DNA of 46,243 nt from the NCBI GenBank assembly GCA_001775555.1, contig MEXE01000042.1:1-46243 (forward strand), written 5' to 3'. Each line of letters opens with the position of its first letter. Within the stretch, counting starts at the first letter, position 1. The stretch is from Candidatus Amesbacteria bacterium RBG_19FT_COMBO_48_16 (GTDB lineage Bacteria; Patescibacteriota; Microgenomatia; CAZETR01; Amesbacteraceae). The notes under the pieces are model-generated. The model had not been told where the DNA came from. It saw only the letters and a program-made list of their open reading frames with translations, and made no database searches. Position numbers and translations under genes: made by a program. This document shows, piece after piece, positions 9,441 through 19,636 of the stretch.

Positions 9441-10730
9441 TTACACTTGCAAAAATCCCTCATAGTTGCGTACCAGCAGTTGGGATTGCAACGATTTCGT
9501 AGTCTCCAAAACGACTGACACCACAATTAATAGCCCTGTCCCACCTATCGTCATAGTCGGAATTTTAAACACTGTCTGCATTACCGCCGGCAGGACGGCA
9601 ATCAGTCCCAAAAACAAAGCTCCCGCCAAAGTTATTCGGTTTAATACTCCTGACAAATACTTTGCCGTTGCGTCTCCTGGCCGAATGCCGGGAATAAAAC
9701 CGCCGTATTTTTTCAAATCGTCAGCGATTTTTTCCGGATTAAACACCACCGCTGTATAAAAATAAGTGAACCCGACTACTAGTCCGAAGTAAATTAAGTT
9801 GTACGTCCATCCGCCCGGTTGCATTACCGCCACGATAGTTCTGGCGGCATTGGCTATTTGTGCATTGGGAATCTGTTCCAAAAATTTGCCTACCATGGAA
9901 GGCAGTAAAACCAGAGAAACCGCAAAGATTATCGGGATCACCCCTGCCTGGTTAACTCTCAGCGGCAGATGGGTCGATTGCCCCCCATAAGTTCGCCCCG
10001 CCCTGATTCTTTTGGCATAAGAAACCACAATATTTCTGGAGGCTTCATTCATAAATACCACTCCCGCCACCACCACCAGGCTCGATATTCCGAATACCAG
10101 CAGGTTACCCAAGCTCAACGTTTCAAAAGTCAATGCCGTCTGGCCCAAAACTACCGGCAGTCGTCCTACAATTCCCGCAAATATTAACAGGCTTATTCCG
10201 TTTCCTACCCCGTATTCACTAATCAATTCTCCGAGCCAAACCGTCAGCATCGTTCCCGCCGTCATGGTGACCAGAAGGGTCAGCAGTAATAGCGGAGACA
10301 GGGATCCGATTACCCCCTGGTTATGCAGCAAAAAATACATCCCAAATCCCTGTAAAAGCGCAATTGGTACCGTCAGCATTCTGGTATATTGATTCACCAC
10401 TTCCCGCCCGTATTCCCCTTCTTTCTGCAGTTCCTCCAGTTTGGGAAACACGACTGTTAGCAATTGCATGATTATTGAAGCATTTATGTAAGGCCCGAGT
10501 CCCAGAGCTACCAAACTGAAATTAGCCAGCGTCCCCCCGGAAAATATATCTAAAAGGCCCAAAAGTTGACTCCCCGCAAACAGCTGTTTTAACGCGGTCC
10601 TGTCGATTCCCGCCACTGGAATATGAGCCAGCATTCGGTAAGTGACCAGCATAATCGCCGTGAATACCAGTTTTCGTTTTAAATCCGGCGCCGACCATAT
10701 CTGACGTAATGTTGACCAAACTTTCTCCAT
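9441..10730 (-). CDS. secY: Preprotein translocase subunit SecY
   Basis: 429 aa polytopic membrane protein in the canonical position between rplO and adk. ...[11 protein letters not shown]... and [15 protein letters not shown] are present. Confidence 0.95.
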   Translation of the reverse strand: MEKVWSTLRQIWSAPDLKRKLVFTAIMLVTYRMLAHIPVAGIDRTALKQLFAGSQLLGLLDIFSGGTLANFSLVALGLGPYINASIIMQLLTVVFPKLEELQKEGEYGREVVNQYTRMLTVPIALLQGFGMYFLLHNQGVIGSLSPLLLLTLLVTMTAGTMLTVWLGELISEYGVGNGISLLIFAGIVGRLPVVLGQTALTFETLSLGNLLVFGISSLVVVAGVVFMNEASRNIVVSYAKRIRAGRTYGGQSTHLPLRVNQAGVIPIIFAVSLVLLPSMVGKFLEQIPNAQIANAARTIVAVMQPGGWTYNLIYFGLVVGFTYFYTAVVFNPEKIADDLKKYGGFIPGIRPGDATAKYLSGVLNRITLAGALFLGLIAVLPAVMQTVFKIPTMTIGGTGLLIVVSVVLETTKSLQSQLLVRNYEGFLQV

Positions 10731-10733
10731 AAG

Positions 10734-11165
10734 CTAGATTTTGTCTATCTTACCACCCGCCTTGAGTATTTTTTTGGCTGCGGCTTGTGAAATCGGCACT
10801 TTGATTACCAAAGCCTGTTTTATGTCTCCCCTGGCTAATATTTTAGTCGCTCCCCCCCTTCCTCTGCGGGCCAAGTTTTCCGTCGTTACCGGGAGCTTGG
10901 CTGGCCAGTCGCTCAGATCACTCAAATTCAAAGGTAAGAACTTCCCCTTAAGCGGTTTAAATTTACCTTTTCCGCGCAGCAGTGGCAATCGTTTTACCAG
11001 CGACTTTTTCGCTTTTGTCCCCTCAAATCCGACTCTTATTTTCCCCCTGGCTTTCTGCCCTTTGCTTCCCCGGCCGCTGGTATGCCCGCCCCTGCCCGAA
11101 CCGTATCCCCGCCCTACCCTTTTGGCTGATCTTTTAGTAATTTTTGGTAAATTTGCTAAATCCAT
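10734..11165 (-). CDS. rplO: 50S ribosomal protein L15
   Basis: GRGYGSGRGGHTSGRGSKGQKARG. Its start lies 3 nt after the rpsE stop, with no rpmD in between. Confidence 0.95.
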   Translation of the reverse strand: MDLANLPKITKRSAKRVGRGYGSGRGGHTSGRGSKGQKARGKIRVGFEGTKAKKSLVKRLPLLRGKGKFKPLKGKFLPLNLSDLSDWPAKLPVTTENLARRGRGGATKILARGDIKQALVIKVPISQAAAKKILKAGGKIDKI

Positions 11166-11167
11166 AA

Positions 11168-11629
11168 TTAAATATTCGCAGATTTCAACCGGCGTAAAGC
11201 TTCAAACGCTGCATATACATTGCTGGCCCGGTTGGAAGTTCCCAATATTTTACCCACCACATCCCTTATTCCGGCTGCCTCCACTACCGCTCTCACCGGA
11301 CCCCCGGCAATTACTCCGCTTCCCGCCGGAGCGGGTTTCAATAGAATTCTAGCCGCTCCCACCTTAACTCTCATTTCATGGGGAATGGATGTGCCGGACA
11401 TCGGTACGCTGATCAGGTGTTTCTGGGCATAGGTACTGCCCTTTCGAATTGCGGATGATACGTCTTTCGCTTTTCCCAAGCCTACTCCCACTCTGCCCTT
11501 TCTGTCACCTACCACCACTAGGGCTGAGAAACTTATTCTGTTCCCCCCTTTGGTCTTTTTGCTCACCCTATTTACCTGTACCACTTTTTCTTCAAACTCT
11601 TTTGGTTCTCTGGGCTCATATCTGAACAT
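11168..11629 (-). CDS. rpsE: 30S ribosomal protein S5
   Basis: [40 protein letters not shown] place the start at ATG 11629, just after the rplR stop, rather than at the track's 11713, which would overlap rplR by 80 nt. Confidence 0.9.
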   Translation of the reverse strand: MFRYEPREPKEFEEKVVQVNRVSKKTKGGNRISFSALVVVGDRKGRVGVGLGKAKDVSSAIRKGSTYAQKHLISVPMSGTSIPHEMRVKVGAARILLKPAPAGSGVIAGGPVRAVVEAAGIRDVVGKILGTSNRASNVYAAFEALRRLKSANI

Positions 11630-11633
11630 ATGT

Positions 11634-11951
11634 TTAAAACTTAATACCTCCTTTTCTCGCCGTTTCGGCCAAAAGCCTAATTCGGCCATGGTAGTTGTAT
11701 TGTCCGCGGTCAAACACGACCCTTTTAATTCCGGTTTTTAACGCCCTTTTGACTACTTGTTCTCCGGTCTCGACAGGTGATACACCCCGTACCGTTAACA
11801 ATGTCCGACCTGTTTCCTGATCTATTATTTGGGCATATATATATTTATTAGATTTGATCACTGTCAACCGCGGGATTTTCGGATTCAGGGCTAGCTTGCT
11901 CCGGGTTCGTTTCACCCTTTTTGCTTGTTGGTTTTTGTAGCGTTTTATCAT
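11634..11951 (-). CDS. rplR: 50S ribosomal protein L18
   Basis: ...[14 protein letters not shown]...[21 protein letters not shown]. Confidence 0.93.
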   Translation of the reverse strand: MIKRYKNQQAKRVKRTRSKLALNPKIPRLTVIKSNKYIYAQIIDQETGRTLLTVRGVSPVETGEQVVKRALKTGIKRVVFDRGQYNYHGRIRLLAETARKGGIKF

Positions 11952-11952
11952 T

Positions 11953-12498
11953 TTACTTTACCCCCGTTATTCCCGCTTTGGCCGCCTTTCCTGCCTTGCG
12001 AACGATGATTTCCCCCTGGTATGTAAAACCCTTAGCCTTGTAGGGATCGGCCGGCCTAAGGCCTCTGATTATTGCCGCCGTCTCACCTACGGTTTCTTTG
12101 TTACTTCCAAACACTGTGATTTTATTATCTTTGACTTCAAAAGTCACCCCGGCCGGAGCTTTCACCGTCACCGGGTGGGAAAAACCCAGAGCCAGCTGTA
12201 AATCAGAATCAGCGACACTCGCCCTATATCCTGTACCTGACAACTCTACGGTTTTACTCCACCCCTCATTTATCCCTGTTATGGCATTAACAACTAAGGC
12301 TCGGACCAAGCCTTGCAGATGATTTTTATCCCTGGGGGCAGTTACTAAAATTCTATCCTTCTCCACTTTTACTTCGACACCGCTGGGGATTTTGACTTCC
12401 AGATTTCCCTTTTGCCCCACAATAGCCGCTACCCCCTCCCTTACCGTAACGGACACTCCGGCGGGAATGGTAATTGGCATTTTTCCTATTCTGGACAT
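11953..12498 (-). CDS. rplF: 50S ribosomal protein L6
   Basis: MSRIGKMPITIPAGVSV... Confidence 0.95.
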   Translation of the reverse strand: MSRIGKMPITIPAGVSVTVREGVAAIVGQKGNLEVKIPSGVEVKVEKDRILVTAPRDKNHLQGLVRALVVNAITGINEGWSKTVELSGTGYRASVADSDLQLALGFSHPVTVKAPAGVTFEVKDNKITVFGSNKETVGETAAIIRGLRPADPYKAKGFTYQGEIIVRKAGKAAKAGITGVK

Positions 12499-12511
12499 AT
12501 TTTTAAAACAG

Positions 12512-12892
12512 TTACCACACTTGGGCCACTATCTCTCCTCCTGTATTTAATTTCCGTGCCTGTTTGCTACTGATAATCCCCTTGGGTGTAGACAGAATAT
12601 TTATACCCAACCCCCCCCACACTTTCGGCATATCCTTTAAGCTGGTATAAATTCGCGCTCCTGGTTTACTACTTCTTTTAATTCCCAATATGGCCGGCTT
12701 TTTACCTTTATATTTTAGGGTTATTTCTACCGCGTTTTCCTTTTTTTCCGCCCGGGCTAGGTATCCTTCCTCAACCAGTACTCTGACTACGCCATAAACG
12801 GCTCTGGTGTAGGGGGCACGGATTAACGGCAAGTCCGCCATGTATCCGTTCCTGATTCTTGCGACTAAATCCGATAGATGATCGTTTACCAT
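12512..12892 (-). CDS. rpsH: 30S ribosomal protein S8
   Basis: [19 protein letters not shown]... The start is ATG 12892, overlapping the rpsN stop as ATGGTAA. The track's longer N-terminal extension is rejected. Confidence 0.92.
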   Translation of the reverse strand: MVNDHLSDLVARIRNGYMADLPLIRAPYTRAVYGVVRVLVEEGYLARAEKKENAVEITLKYKGKKPAILGIKRSSKPGARIYTSLKDMPKVWGGLGINILSTPKGIISSKQARKLNTGGEIVAQVW

Positions 12893-13074
12893 GACGCCTT
12901 CCTTATCCCGGGCAACTCTCCCCGGTTGGCCAGCTCCCGAAAACACAACCGGCATAAGCCGAAAGCTCGTAGATAAGCTCTTGACCGGCCGCACATCTGG
13001 CACCGGTTGCGGTATTGATTCGGGTATTTTAAATAACCCTTGGTTTGCTTAACAATTTTTGATGTTTTTGCCAT
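12886..13074 (-). CDS. rpsN: 30S ribosomal protein S14, type Z (zinc form)
   Basis: 62 aa; [38 protein letters not shown]. Confidence 0.93.
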   Translation of the reverse strand: MAKTSKIVKQTKGYLKYPNQYRNRCQMCGRSRAYLRAFGLCRLCFRELANRGELPGIRKASW

Positions 13075-13093
13075 TTTGTTTAGGATTTAGAAA

Positions 13094-13633
13094 TTAGGAT
13101 TTGGTAAAAGGAATTCCTATAAGTTCCAAAAGCCGCCGGGAGATTTTAGCATCTCCGGCATTTGTCACCATAGTTATTTCCAGACCTCTGATTTTATCAA
13201 TCTTGGCATAATCTATCTCCGGAAAGACGATTTGTTCGTGAAGACCTAGAGTATAATTTCCCTGTTTGTCAAATGCTCCTCCGGAAACCCCGTGGAAGTC
13301 TCTCACCCGCGGTAAAGTCACGGTGATCAGTTTCACCAGAAAATCTTCCATCCTTTTTCCTCTTAGTGTCACAGTCAATCCTACCGGATCACCCTCTCTG
13401 ATCTTAAAATTAGCAATGGATGCTTTCGCCCGAGTTACTTTAGGTTTTTGGCCTGTAATTACTGTCAGCTGGTCGGCAGCTTTATCTAGCACTCCCTTAT
13501 CGTGGGCAGCCTGTCCCAAACCTATATTCAAAACGACCTTCACCATCTTTGGCACCGCCATTCTATTTGTCACTCCCAGCTCCCCCATCAATTGCGGCAC
13601 TGCTTTTTCCTGGTATTGTTTTTTTAAATCCAT
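13094..13633 (-). CDS. rplE: 50S ribosomal protein L5
   Basis: ...NRMAVPKMVKVVLNIGLG...FDKQGNYTLG... Confidence 0.95.
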   Translation of the reverse strand: MDLKKQYQEKAVPQLMGELGVTNRMAVPKMVKVVLNIGLGQAAHDKGVLDKAADQLTVITGQKPKVTRAKASIANFKIREGDPVGLTVTLRGKRMEDFLVKLITVTLPRVRDFHGVSGGAFDKQGNYTLGLHEQIVFPEIDYAKIDKIRGLEITMVTNAGDAKISRRLLELIGIPFTKS

Positions 13634-13639
13634 ACGAAA

Positions 13640-13966
13640 TTAATCTACGTCTGCATCGCACTTCCGGCAGACCCTGATTTTTTTGCCGGCGTCAAACCGA
13701 TAACCTATTCGTGTTGACTGTTTACATTTTGGGCACACTAGGACTACGTTGGCCGCAGGCACTGGCCGGTCCAGTATCAGAATTTCTCCCGGTCGTCCTT
13801 CTCCTTGAGGTTTACGGTGCCTTTTATACTGATTTATACCCAATATCAACACCCGACTTTCTTTTGGAAATACCCGCTCAATTTTTGCTTGTTTCCCTTT
13901 GTCTTTCCCTACCGTCACTCTCACCAAATCACCCTTTTTTAATTTGATTTTTGAATAATTTTTCAT
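13640..13966 (-). CDS. rplX: 50S ribosomal protein L24 (with CxxC...CxxC tail)
   Basis: KOW motif [22 protein letters not shown]. The C-terminus is [26 protein letters not shown]. Confidence 0.93.
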   Translation of the reverse strand: MKNYSKIKLKKGDLVRVTVGKDKGKQAKIERVFPKESRVLILGINQYKRHRKPQGEGRPGEILILDRPVPAANVVLVCPKCKQSTRIGYRFDAGKKIRVCRKCDADVD

Positions 13967-14334
13967 AACACTTCTGCTGCTAATGACGCGATCTTATTAA
14001 AACCCGCCTCTTTTACCTCTCGAGCGATAGGCCCGAATATTCGGGTTCCTCGTGGATCTTTAGTTTTTGGATCAATCACCACTGCGGCGTTATCATCAAA
14101 TCTGATATAGCTTCCGTCCTTTCGCCCCTTTTCCTTTCTGGTACGCACGATTACCGCCTTTACAATTTCAGAATCTTTAACCACTCCGATCGGATCTGCT
14201 TGGTCCACCACTGCCGTCACTATATCCCCCAAATAACCATAAGTTTTTTTCCATCCGCCCATCACTCCGATTACCAGCAGGCGTTTTGCTCCGCAATTAT
14301 CAGCCAGGGTGAGGATGCTTCTTAGTTGAATCAT
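13963..14334 (-). CDS. rplN: 50S ribosomal protein L14
   Basis: [19 protein letters not shown]... Confidence 0.95.
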   Translation of the reverse strand: MIQLRSILTLADNCGAKRLLVIGVMGGWKKTYGYLGDIVTAVVDQADPIGVVKDSEIVKAVIVRTRKEKGRKDGSYIRFDDNAAVVIDPKTKDPRGTRIFGPIAREVKEAGFNKIASLAAEVL

Positions 14335-14335
14335 G

Positions 14336-14566
14336 TTATTTTTTCATTACTTCCTTTACCGTAAAACGCTTGGTCCGGCTAATCGGAGCTGTTTCTACCA
14401 GCCTTACTTTATCTCCCAAATTTAGTGGATTTTCCGTATGGGCATGGTACTTTTTCGTTCTCCTCACCCTCTTATGGTACATAGGATGCGCCACAAATCT
14501 GACCACCTCGACTACTACCATTTTTGGTGTTTTATTGGATACGACTTTTCCCGTAATCGTTTTCAT
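14336..14566 (-). CDS. rpsQ: 30S ribosomal protein S17
   Basis: [16 protein letters not shown]...[17 protein letters not shown]. Confidence 0.93.
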   Translation of the reverse strand: MKTITGKVVSNKTPKMVVVEVVRFVAHPMYHKRVRRTKKYHAHTENPLNLGDKVRLVETAPISRTKRFTVKEVMKK

Positions 14567-14799
14567 ACAGACTTGAGAATTGTACCACGCTTAAATAATT
14601 TGGCATTTAATTCTGTTAGGACGCGGGCTAACTGTTTTCTTAAATAATATTTCCGCTTCAAGTTTCGTGACTTGGCGGATGATTTTTCAAACCGGAGCTT
14701 GCCTAGCTCGATCTTTATTTTTTTTGCCTCGGCCTGCAGCTCCTCAACGGTCATGCCCGCCAGGTCCAATTTCTTTTTGGTATTTTTTTTCTCCGCCAT
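14563..14799 (-). CDS. rpmC: 50S ribosomal protein L29
   Basis: ...MTVEELQAEAKKIKIELGKLRFEK... It lies between rplP and rpsQ. Confidence 0.88.
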   Translation of the reverse strand: MAEKKNTKKKLDLAGMTVEELQAEAKKIKIELGKLRFEKSSAKSRNLKRKYYLRKQLARVLTELNAKLFKRGTILKSV

Positions 14800-14802
14800 A
14801 TC

Positions 14803-15207
14803 TTATCTTGCAACTAGCTTAACTTTAAAAGGTAGTTTTGCCGCCGCTCTTCTGAAAGCTACAGCCGCAACTTCAGATGTAACACCCGCGATCTCAAAAA
14901 GTATCCGTCCCGGAGTTACCACGCTCACATACTCATGAATATCTCCCTTTCCCGACCCCATTCTTGTCCCTAATGCTTTTTTGGTAATCGGTTTATCGGG
15001 AAAAACTCTGATCCACACTTTTCCTCCCCGGTGAGCATGCCGGGAAATAGCTTTCCTGGCAGCTTCAATCTGCCGGGCTGACAACCACCCTCGGCCCAAC
15101 GCCTTCAAGCCGTACTCCCCAAAATTCACCTCAGCCCCCCGCCTGGACAGTCCAGGCATCTGCCCTCTGAACTGTTTTCGATATTTTTGTTTCTTGGGTT
15201 GCAGCAT
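14803..15207 (-). CDS. rplP: 50S ribosomal protein L16
   Basis: [19 protein letters not shown]... Confidence 0.95.
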   Translation of the reverse strand: MLQPKKQKYRKQFRGQMPGLSRRGAEVNFGEYGLKALGRGWLSARQIEAARKAISRHAHRGGKVWIRVFPDKPITKKALGTRMGSGKGDIHEYVSVVTPGRILFEIAGVTSEVAAVAFRRAAAKLPFKVKLVAR

Positions 15208-15208
15208 A

Positions 15209-15868
15209 TTATGTTTTCTCTCCTTTATAAATCCAGACTTTTATCCCTATATATCCGGATCGCGTCAAAGCGGGGACAGCGGCATAGTCCACATTGGCCC
15301 GCAGCGTCTGCAGAGGGACCGATCCCGTATGATAAACTTCCCTTCTGGCAATTTCTGCACCGGCAATCCGTCCTGCCAACACCACTTTAATCCCGTTGGC
15401 CCTGCTTTGCATTGTTCTTTCCATGGCCTTATTAACTACTCTTCGGGCAGGCATCCGCCTCACCAGCTGTTCGGCTATTTTTGTGGCCACTAAATAAGCA
15501 CTCAAATCCGCTTCTTTTACTTCTTCTATCGGCATATCAATTTTGGGGATATTTTTATCTCCCGGCGCATATCCTAATGTTTGGTAAATAAATTTTTTAA
15601 GTTCCTCGATCCCGGAGCCCCCTCGTCCGATTACCACTCCCGGCCGGGTGACGAAAATTATCACTCTCATACTTCGTAATGACCTCTCTATCTCTACTCT
15701 TGTTACCCCCGCAGGGGCCAGTTTTTGCATCAATGCCTTTCTCAGCCTTACGTCTTCGGCCAGATAGGATTTGTATCTTTTGGGATTGGTAGTAAACCAC
15801 CGCGACTTCCAAGTCTCGGTAGGGGAGAGCGGTAACCTATATGCGACAGGATTAATTTTTTGCCCCAT
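15209..15868 (-). CDS. rpsC: 30S ribosomal protein S3
   Basis: [12 protein letters not shown]... plus a KH domain ...[19 protein letters not shown]. Confidence 0.95.
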   Translation of the reverse strand: MGQKINPVAYRLPLSPTETWKSRWFTTNPKRYKSYLAEDVRLRKALMQKLAPAGVTRVEIERSLRSMRVIIFVTRPGVVIGRGGSGIEELKKFIYQTLGYAPGDKNIPKIDMPIEEVKEADLSAYLVATKIAEQLVRRMPARRVVNKAMERTMQSRANGIKVVLAGRIAGAEIARREVYHTGSVPLQTLRANVDYAAVPALTRSGYIGIKVWIYKGEKT

Positions 15869-16301
15869 AGCGAGTTTTGGTAATTAACTCTAGTCTTATA
15901 TGTGCCATCCTTTTTCTCCTTATTCCTCGGTCATATCTAGCTCCGTGGGCATGAACATCAGCTTTTTTTGCTCCTTTTGGTCCTTCCTCGATCTGCAGGC
16001 TTTTTACTGTCAGGTCTGCCGGTGACAACCCTGCATTTTTCGCATTAGCCAGAGCTTGTTGATATACTTTTATCAGGCTCCCGGCCGCCCTGTGGGGTAA
16101 AAGTTTCAGGTATCCGATGGCCTTATTTGGATCGGCACCTCGGACCACTTGGGCTACCAGGCGCAGCTTGCGGGGGCTGTGGCGGACGAAGCTTGCCCTC
16201 GCCACCACCACTTTGTCTGGCGGATCCGGGTTTGGCTTTACTGGAGACTTTTGCTCGCGCAGCGCTGGCTTTGCCAGTATTTTGCGTTTTGAATTTTTCA
16301 T
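15852..16301 (-). CDS. rplV: 50S ribosomal protein L22
   Basis: ...ARASFVRHSPRKLRLVAQVVRG... with a basic N-terminal extension. Confidence 0.9.
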   Translation of the reverse strand: MKNSKRKILAKPALREQKSPVKPNPDPPDKVVVARASFVRHSPRKLRLVAQVVRGADPNKAIGYLKLLPHRAAGSLIKVYQQALANAKNAGLSPADLTVKSLQIEEGPKGAKKADVHAHGARYDRGIRRKRMAHIRLELITKTRYGAKN

Positions 16302-16302
16302 A

Positions 16303-16587
16303 TTAAGTTTTCTCCATAGTTCGTTTAACTATCGCCCCGTGGCCTCTGAATGTCCTGGTAGAGGCAAATTCTCCCAGCCGATGCCCCACCATACCCTCGC
16401 TTATAAACACTTCTGCGAATTTATTCCCCGTATGTATCTGGAACGTGAAACCTACAAATTCCGGAGGGATTTGACAGGATCGCGACCATGTCTTAATAGG
16501 GGATTTTTTGCCCGACGCAGACATAGCCAAAACTTTTTTCATCAACTTAGAATCGATAAATGGCCCCTTTTTATTAGATCTACTCAT
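16303..16587 (-). CDS. rpsS: 30S ribosomal protein S19
   Basis: [12 protein letters not shown]...HTGNKF...[16 protein letters not shown]. The start is placed at ATG 16587, after the rplB stop. Confidence 0.93.
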   Translation of the reverse strand: MSRSNKKGPFIDSKLMKKVLAMSASGKKSPIKTWSRSCQIPPEFVGFTFQIHTGNKFAEVFISEGMVGHRLGEFASTRTFRGHGAIVKRTMEKT

Positions 16588-16591
16588 ATTA

Positions 16592-17416
16592 TTATTTTCT
16601 CCTTTCTGCAATTAACTTAGCTGAGTGCTTGGTTTTTTTGCGGGTTCGGGTACCTCTGGCAGATTTTCCCCAAGGCGTTTTGGGGTGCATCCCTTCACCC
16701 GACCTTCCTTCACCGCCGCCATGAGGATGGGATCTGGGATTTTGTGCCGTTCCCCGCACGGTTGGCCTGATACCCAACAGTCTTTTTCTACCCGCCTTCC
16801 CGAAGTTGATATTCTTCCATTCCGTATTACCCAGTTGTCCGATAGTCGCCCGGCACGCAGGATTAAACCTGCGTACTTCTCCCGAAGGTAATCTAACCAG
16901 CGTGTAATTTTCTTCAAACCCCACTATCGTTGCCGCTCCGCCCGCACTTCTTACCATCTGCGCACCCTTTCCGGGAACAATTTCTAGATTATGCACCGCC
17001 GTTCCCACCGGAATGTTAGACAGCGGCAACGTATTTCCCGGCAACAGCGCCGCCGTTTCTCCCGAGAAAATGCGTTGCCCTACTGCCAACCCGTCTGGAG
17101 CCAAAATATATCTCCTGGCCCCGTCGATGTACTTAACTAGGGCAATATTTGCAGTCCGGTTAGGGTCATATTCTATAGTTACTACCTCGCCCGGGATGTC
17201 AATTTTATCTCTTTTCCAATCGATTTCCCGGTAAAATCTCTTTTGTCTTGCCCCCTGATGCCGGGTTGTCACCGTACCCGTCGCATTCCGGCCCGACTGT
17301 TTGGGCAAAATATAAGTTAGCCGCTTTTCCGATCGTCTGGCAGTCAGCATCGAAGTATCTAGTCTTGAGGCAAATCTGGTTCCGCTGGTTATTGGTTTTA
17401 GTAGTTTGAGCGCCAT
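16592..17416 (-). CDS. rplB: 50S ribosomal protein L2
   Basis: [26 protein letters not shown]...HPHGGGEG. Confidence 0.96.
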   Translation of the reverse strand: MALKLLKPITSGTRFASRLDTSMLTARRSEKRLTYILPKQSGRNATGTVTTRHQGARQKRFYREIDWKRDKIDIPGEVVTIEYDPNRTANIALVKYIDGARRYILAPDGLAVGQRIFSGETAALLPGNTLPLSNIPVGTAVHNLEIVPGKGAQMVRSAGGAATIVGFEENYTLVRLPSGEVRRFNPACRATIGQLGNTEWKNINFGKAGRKRLLGIRPTVRGTAQNPRSHPHGGGEGRSGEGMHPKTPWGKSARGTRTRKKTKHSAKLIAERRK

Positions 17417-17417
17417 A

Positions 17418-17717
17418 TTAAGTTTCTTTTGCTCCGGTAATTTCTATTTGGTCAATTTTCTCACCAGGCTTTAGCGTCACTACTGCTTTTTTCCGGTCCG
17501 GCTTGCGCCTGAATACCCATTTTTTCCCCAGCCGGTAAGATTTACCTGGAATTTTAGTGGTTTGCACTTTGATTACCCCTACCCCGAATGTTTTTTCTAC
17601 TGCTCTCTTGACTGCGGTCTTGGTCGATTTGTACTCCACTTCAAAGACATACCGGCGGGATTTTCCGGTGCCTTCTTTGACGGATTTTTCAGTCACTATC
17701 GGCCTTTTAAGCAGCAT
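17418..17717 (-). CDS. rplW: 50S ribosomal protein L23
   Basis: ...YVFEVEYKSTKTAVKRAVEKTFGV... Confidence 0.9.
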   Translation of the reverse strand: MLLKRPIVTEKSVKEGTGKSRRYVFEVEYKSTKTAVKRAVEKTFGVGVIKVQTTKIPGKSYRLGKKWVFRRKPDRKKAVVTLKPGEKIDQIEITGAKET

Positions 17718-18339
17718 ATCTTTTAATCAGCGCCTCCAGCGCTTCACTGGTTATCACTAATTGTTTATGGGCTATTATCAAATATGTATTCAATTCATCT
17801 GTCGTTATGGTAGTAACTTTAATTATGTTCCGCCAGGCTCGTTTAACTTCCTCCTGTCCCTTCTGTGTCACCATTAAAATCCTCTCCCCCTGCAACTGCA
17901 TTTTATTAACAGCCTCAGTTATATTTTTGGTTTTTTTTGTCACCTTTTTTGTTCCGGCTAACACTTTGATTGCCCCGGCTGCCGCTTTTTCGGACAACGC
18001 GCCGATTATCGCAGCCTGTCGCATCTTGGCAGGCATTTTCAGACTATAATTTTGTTTGCCTGTCGGGCCGTGGGCTACTCCTCCTCCTACAAAAATGGGT
18101 GCTGCGTACGATCCGTGCCTGGCTCTGCCGGTTCCCTTTTGCCGGTACATTTTTGCCGTGGTTTTGGCCACATCAGCCCGGGTTTTGGTCTTGGCCAGCG
18201 CCTTTCTTTGATTGCTTAAATATACCCGCACCGCTTGCGCCATAACTATCGGCTTTACTTTTGCTCCGAATATTTTTTCCGGCAATTTTATCTTTTCACC
18301 CTGCTGGCCTTTGATATCGTAAGTTGCAGCTGTAATCAT
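17707..18339 (-). CDS. rplD: 50S ribosomal protein L4
   Basis: KGTGRARHGSYAAPIFVGGGVAHGP. Confidence 0.94.
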   Translation of the reverse strand: MITAATYDIKGQQGEKIKLPEKIFGAKVKPIVMAQAVRVYLSNQRKALAKTKTRADVAKTTAKMYRQKGTGRARHGSYAAPIFVGGGVAHGPTGKQNYSLKMPAKMRQAAIIGALSEKAAAGAIKVLAGTKKVTKKTKNITEAVNKMQLQGERILMVTQKGQEEVKRAWRNIIKVTTITTDELNTYLIIAHKQLVITSEALEALIKRYAA

Positions 18340-18914
18340 TCGCTTTTTCTGACCATTAATAATGTACTTTTGTTTGCTCCCGGCACTGCTCCTCTAATTA
18401 TTACCAATCTCTTTTCTCCGTCCACATCCAAAACTTTCAATCCGGTAACATTTACTCTTACGTTTCCCATATGCCCCGCCATCCGTTTGCCTTTGAGTAC
18501 CCGCCCCGGAGTAGTAGTCGAGCCGATCGACCCCGGAGCCCTCTCCCTGTCGGATTGACCATGGGTTCTCGGACCGCCGGCAAAGCCGTGTCTTTTTACC
18601 CCTCCTGCAAATCCCTTTCCCTTGCTTGTCCCGGTTACCGCCACTATATCGCCGGGCTTCAGTACTTCTTCCAATTTTATCTCCGTTCCCACTTCGGGTT
18701 TCTCGTCGCTCCTGACCTCTCTAACCGATTTCTTATTTTTAAATCTTAAATCATCAATCATAAATCTTACCGCTTCGTATCCGTGCTTCTCCTTCGTCCT
18801 TAAATCTGCCACCTTCATCGGCAAAACCCACAGCACTGTCGCCCCCACCCGTTCTCCATCAGGTGTGTATTTTCCGGTCATCCCGGATTTAATCGCAAAA
18901 AAAGTATTAAGCAT
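18336..18914 (-). CDS. rplC: 50S ribosomal protein L3
   Basis: MLNTFFAIKSGMTGKYTPDGERVGATVL...FAGGVKRHGFAGGPRTHGQSDRERAPGSIG. The start is placed at ATG 18914 rather than the track's 18971. Confidence 0.93.
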   Translation of the reverse strand: MLNTFFAIKSGMTGKYTPDGERVGATVLWVLPMKVADLRTKEKHGYEAVRFMIDDLRFKNKKSVREVRSDEKPEVGTEIKLEEVLKPGDIVAVTGTSKGKGFAGGVKRHGFAGGPRTHGQSDRERAPGSIGSTTTPGRVLKGKRMAGHMGNVRVNVTGLKVLDVDGEKRLVIIRGAVPGANKSTLLMVRKSE

Positions 18915-18928
18915 AATCTTCAGCCAAC

Positions 18929-18948
18929 AAAAAAGCGCCGGTAGGCAC
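18929..18948 (-). terminator. Weak terminator-like hairpin just upstream of rplC
   Basis: The minus strand reads GTGCC-tacc-GGCGC-TTTTTT, a 5-bp stem with one G:U pair and a 6-T run, about 15 nt before the rplC ATG. Confidence 0.25.
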
Positions 18949-19112
18949 TTTATTTTTGACAAGGGAGCCAACCGATCTTAGTCTGAGCAATAGTGTTGGC
19001 GCGTCTTTCTGCTCACAACCAAAGCTAATTCTAGCACAGAAACAAGTCTCCCGCAATAACTTATCGCCTAAGTATCCGTATCCGGCCCTTCCATAGTTCC
19101 ATTCTATATCTC

Positions 19113-19150
19113 TTACATCTTCACTTCAATATCCCGTTCTTGCTGGCCAG
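19113..19150 (-). repeat. Relic copy of the rpsJ 3' end (direct repeat of 19637-19672)
   Basis: ACATCTTCACTTCAATATCC at 19115-19134 is identical to 19639-19658, the last codons of rpsJ. Weaker similarity continues to ~19150 and ~19672. The relic would read ...DIEVKM-TAA. Confidence 0.8.
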
Positions 19151-19156
19151 GGTATG

Positions 19157-19477
19157 TTATAGCCAACCCAGGAAATCATCTCCTGATCCGCTCCTATTCT
19201 TAGGGGAGGATTTTAAATACGCACCAGGCACATTATCCAAGCCTTGTAGTTGGGCTAATCTTTGGGCTGACCCGGTAACCCCTAAATTATTTGCCACCAC
19301 CTCCTCTTGGGTTATCCCCGTGTCTCCACAATAGCTCTTCATCTCTCTAGACCCAGGTACCAACGGTCTTCCATTTGTTCCCACTACGAAACCTTTTGCG
19401 CCCGAGCCCTCATCAGTGTAGGTATGCCTATCTACATAGGCAGCCCACAAACTACCCACTACTATCGAAGCTACCAT
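19157..19477 (-). CDS. Hypothetical small membrane-anchored protein (106 aa) in the rpsJ-rplC insert
   Basis: ORF with an N-terminal hydrophobic helix MVASIVVGSLWAAYV. The segment GDTGITQEEVVANNLGV...LQGLDNVPGAYL is weakly LysM-like. GGAGG lies only 1 nt from the ATG, which is poor spacing. Confidence 0.35.
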   Translation of the reverse strand: MVASIVVGSLWAAYVDRHTYTDEGSGAKGFVVGTNGRPLVPGSREMKSYCGDTGITQEEVVANNLGVTGSAQRLAQLQGLDNVPGAYLKSSPKNRSGSGDDFLGWL

Positions 19478-19604
19478 ACCTCCCCGCGATATAAACTAAC
19501 AAATCCACCTGCTCCCACCATTCCTTGAATCCCACTGCCGGAGATTCGGCTATCTTACCCAAAACATTAGCTGCTGTACTTATAAGATGCGCTTCAATTG
19601 ACAT
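19452..19604 (-). CDS. Possible 50-aa ORF (MSIEAHLISTAANVLGKIAESPAVGFKEWWEQVDLLVYIAGRYGSFDSSG)
   Basis: Found by manual translation and below the track cutoff. It starts 32 nt after the rpsJ stop and overlaps the 106-aa ORF by 26 nt in another frame. No SD is visible. Confidence 0.15.
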   Translation of the reverse strand: MSIEAHLISTAANVLGKIAESPAVGFKEWWEQVDLLVYIAGRYGSFDSSG

Positions 19605-19636
19605 AAAGACGAAAAACAGACAACTCTAGGGTAATA

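Larger units (their letters stand above)
19151..19636 (-). mobile_element. Inserted accessory segment between rpsJ and the relic rpsJ end
   Basis: It is bounded by the direct repeats above and interrupts the normally tight rpsJ-rplC junction. No recombinase gene is present. Confidence 0.4.

Noticed and set aside
11630-11713. N-terminal extensions of rpsE in the track. Analogous extensions occur for rpsH (12893-13003), rpsS (16588-16611), rplC (18915-18971), tuf (21165-21200), rpsO (29778-29798) and dnaJ (23821-23829).
   Set aside because: The extensions overlap upstream genes or lack homology. Internal ATGs give the canonical N-termini and tight operon spacing.
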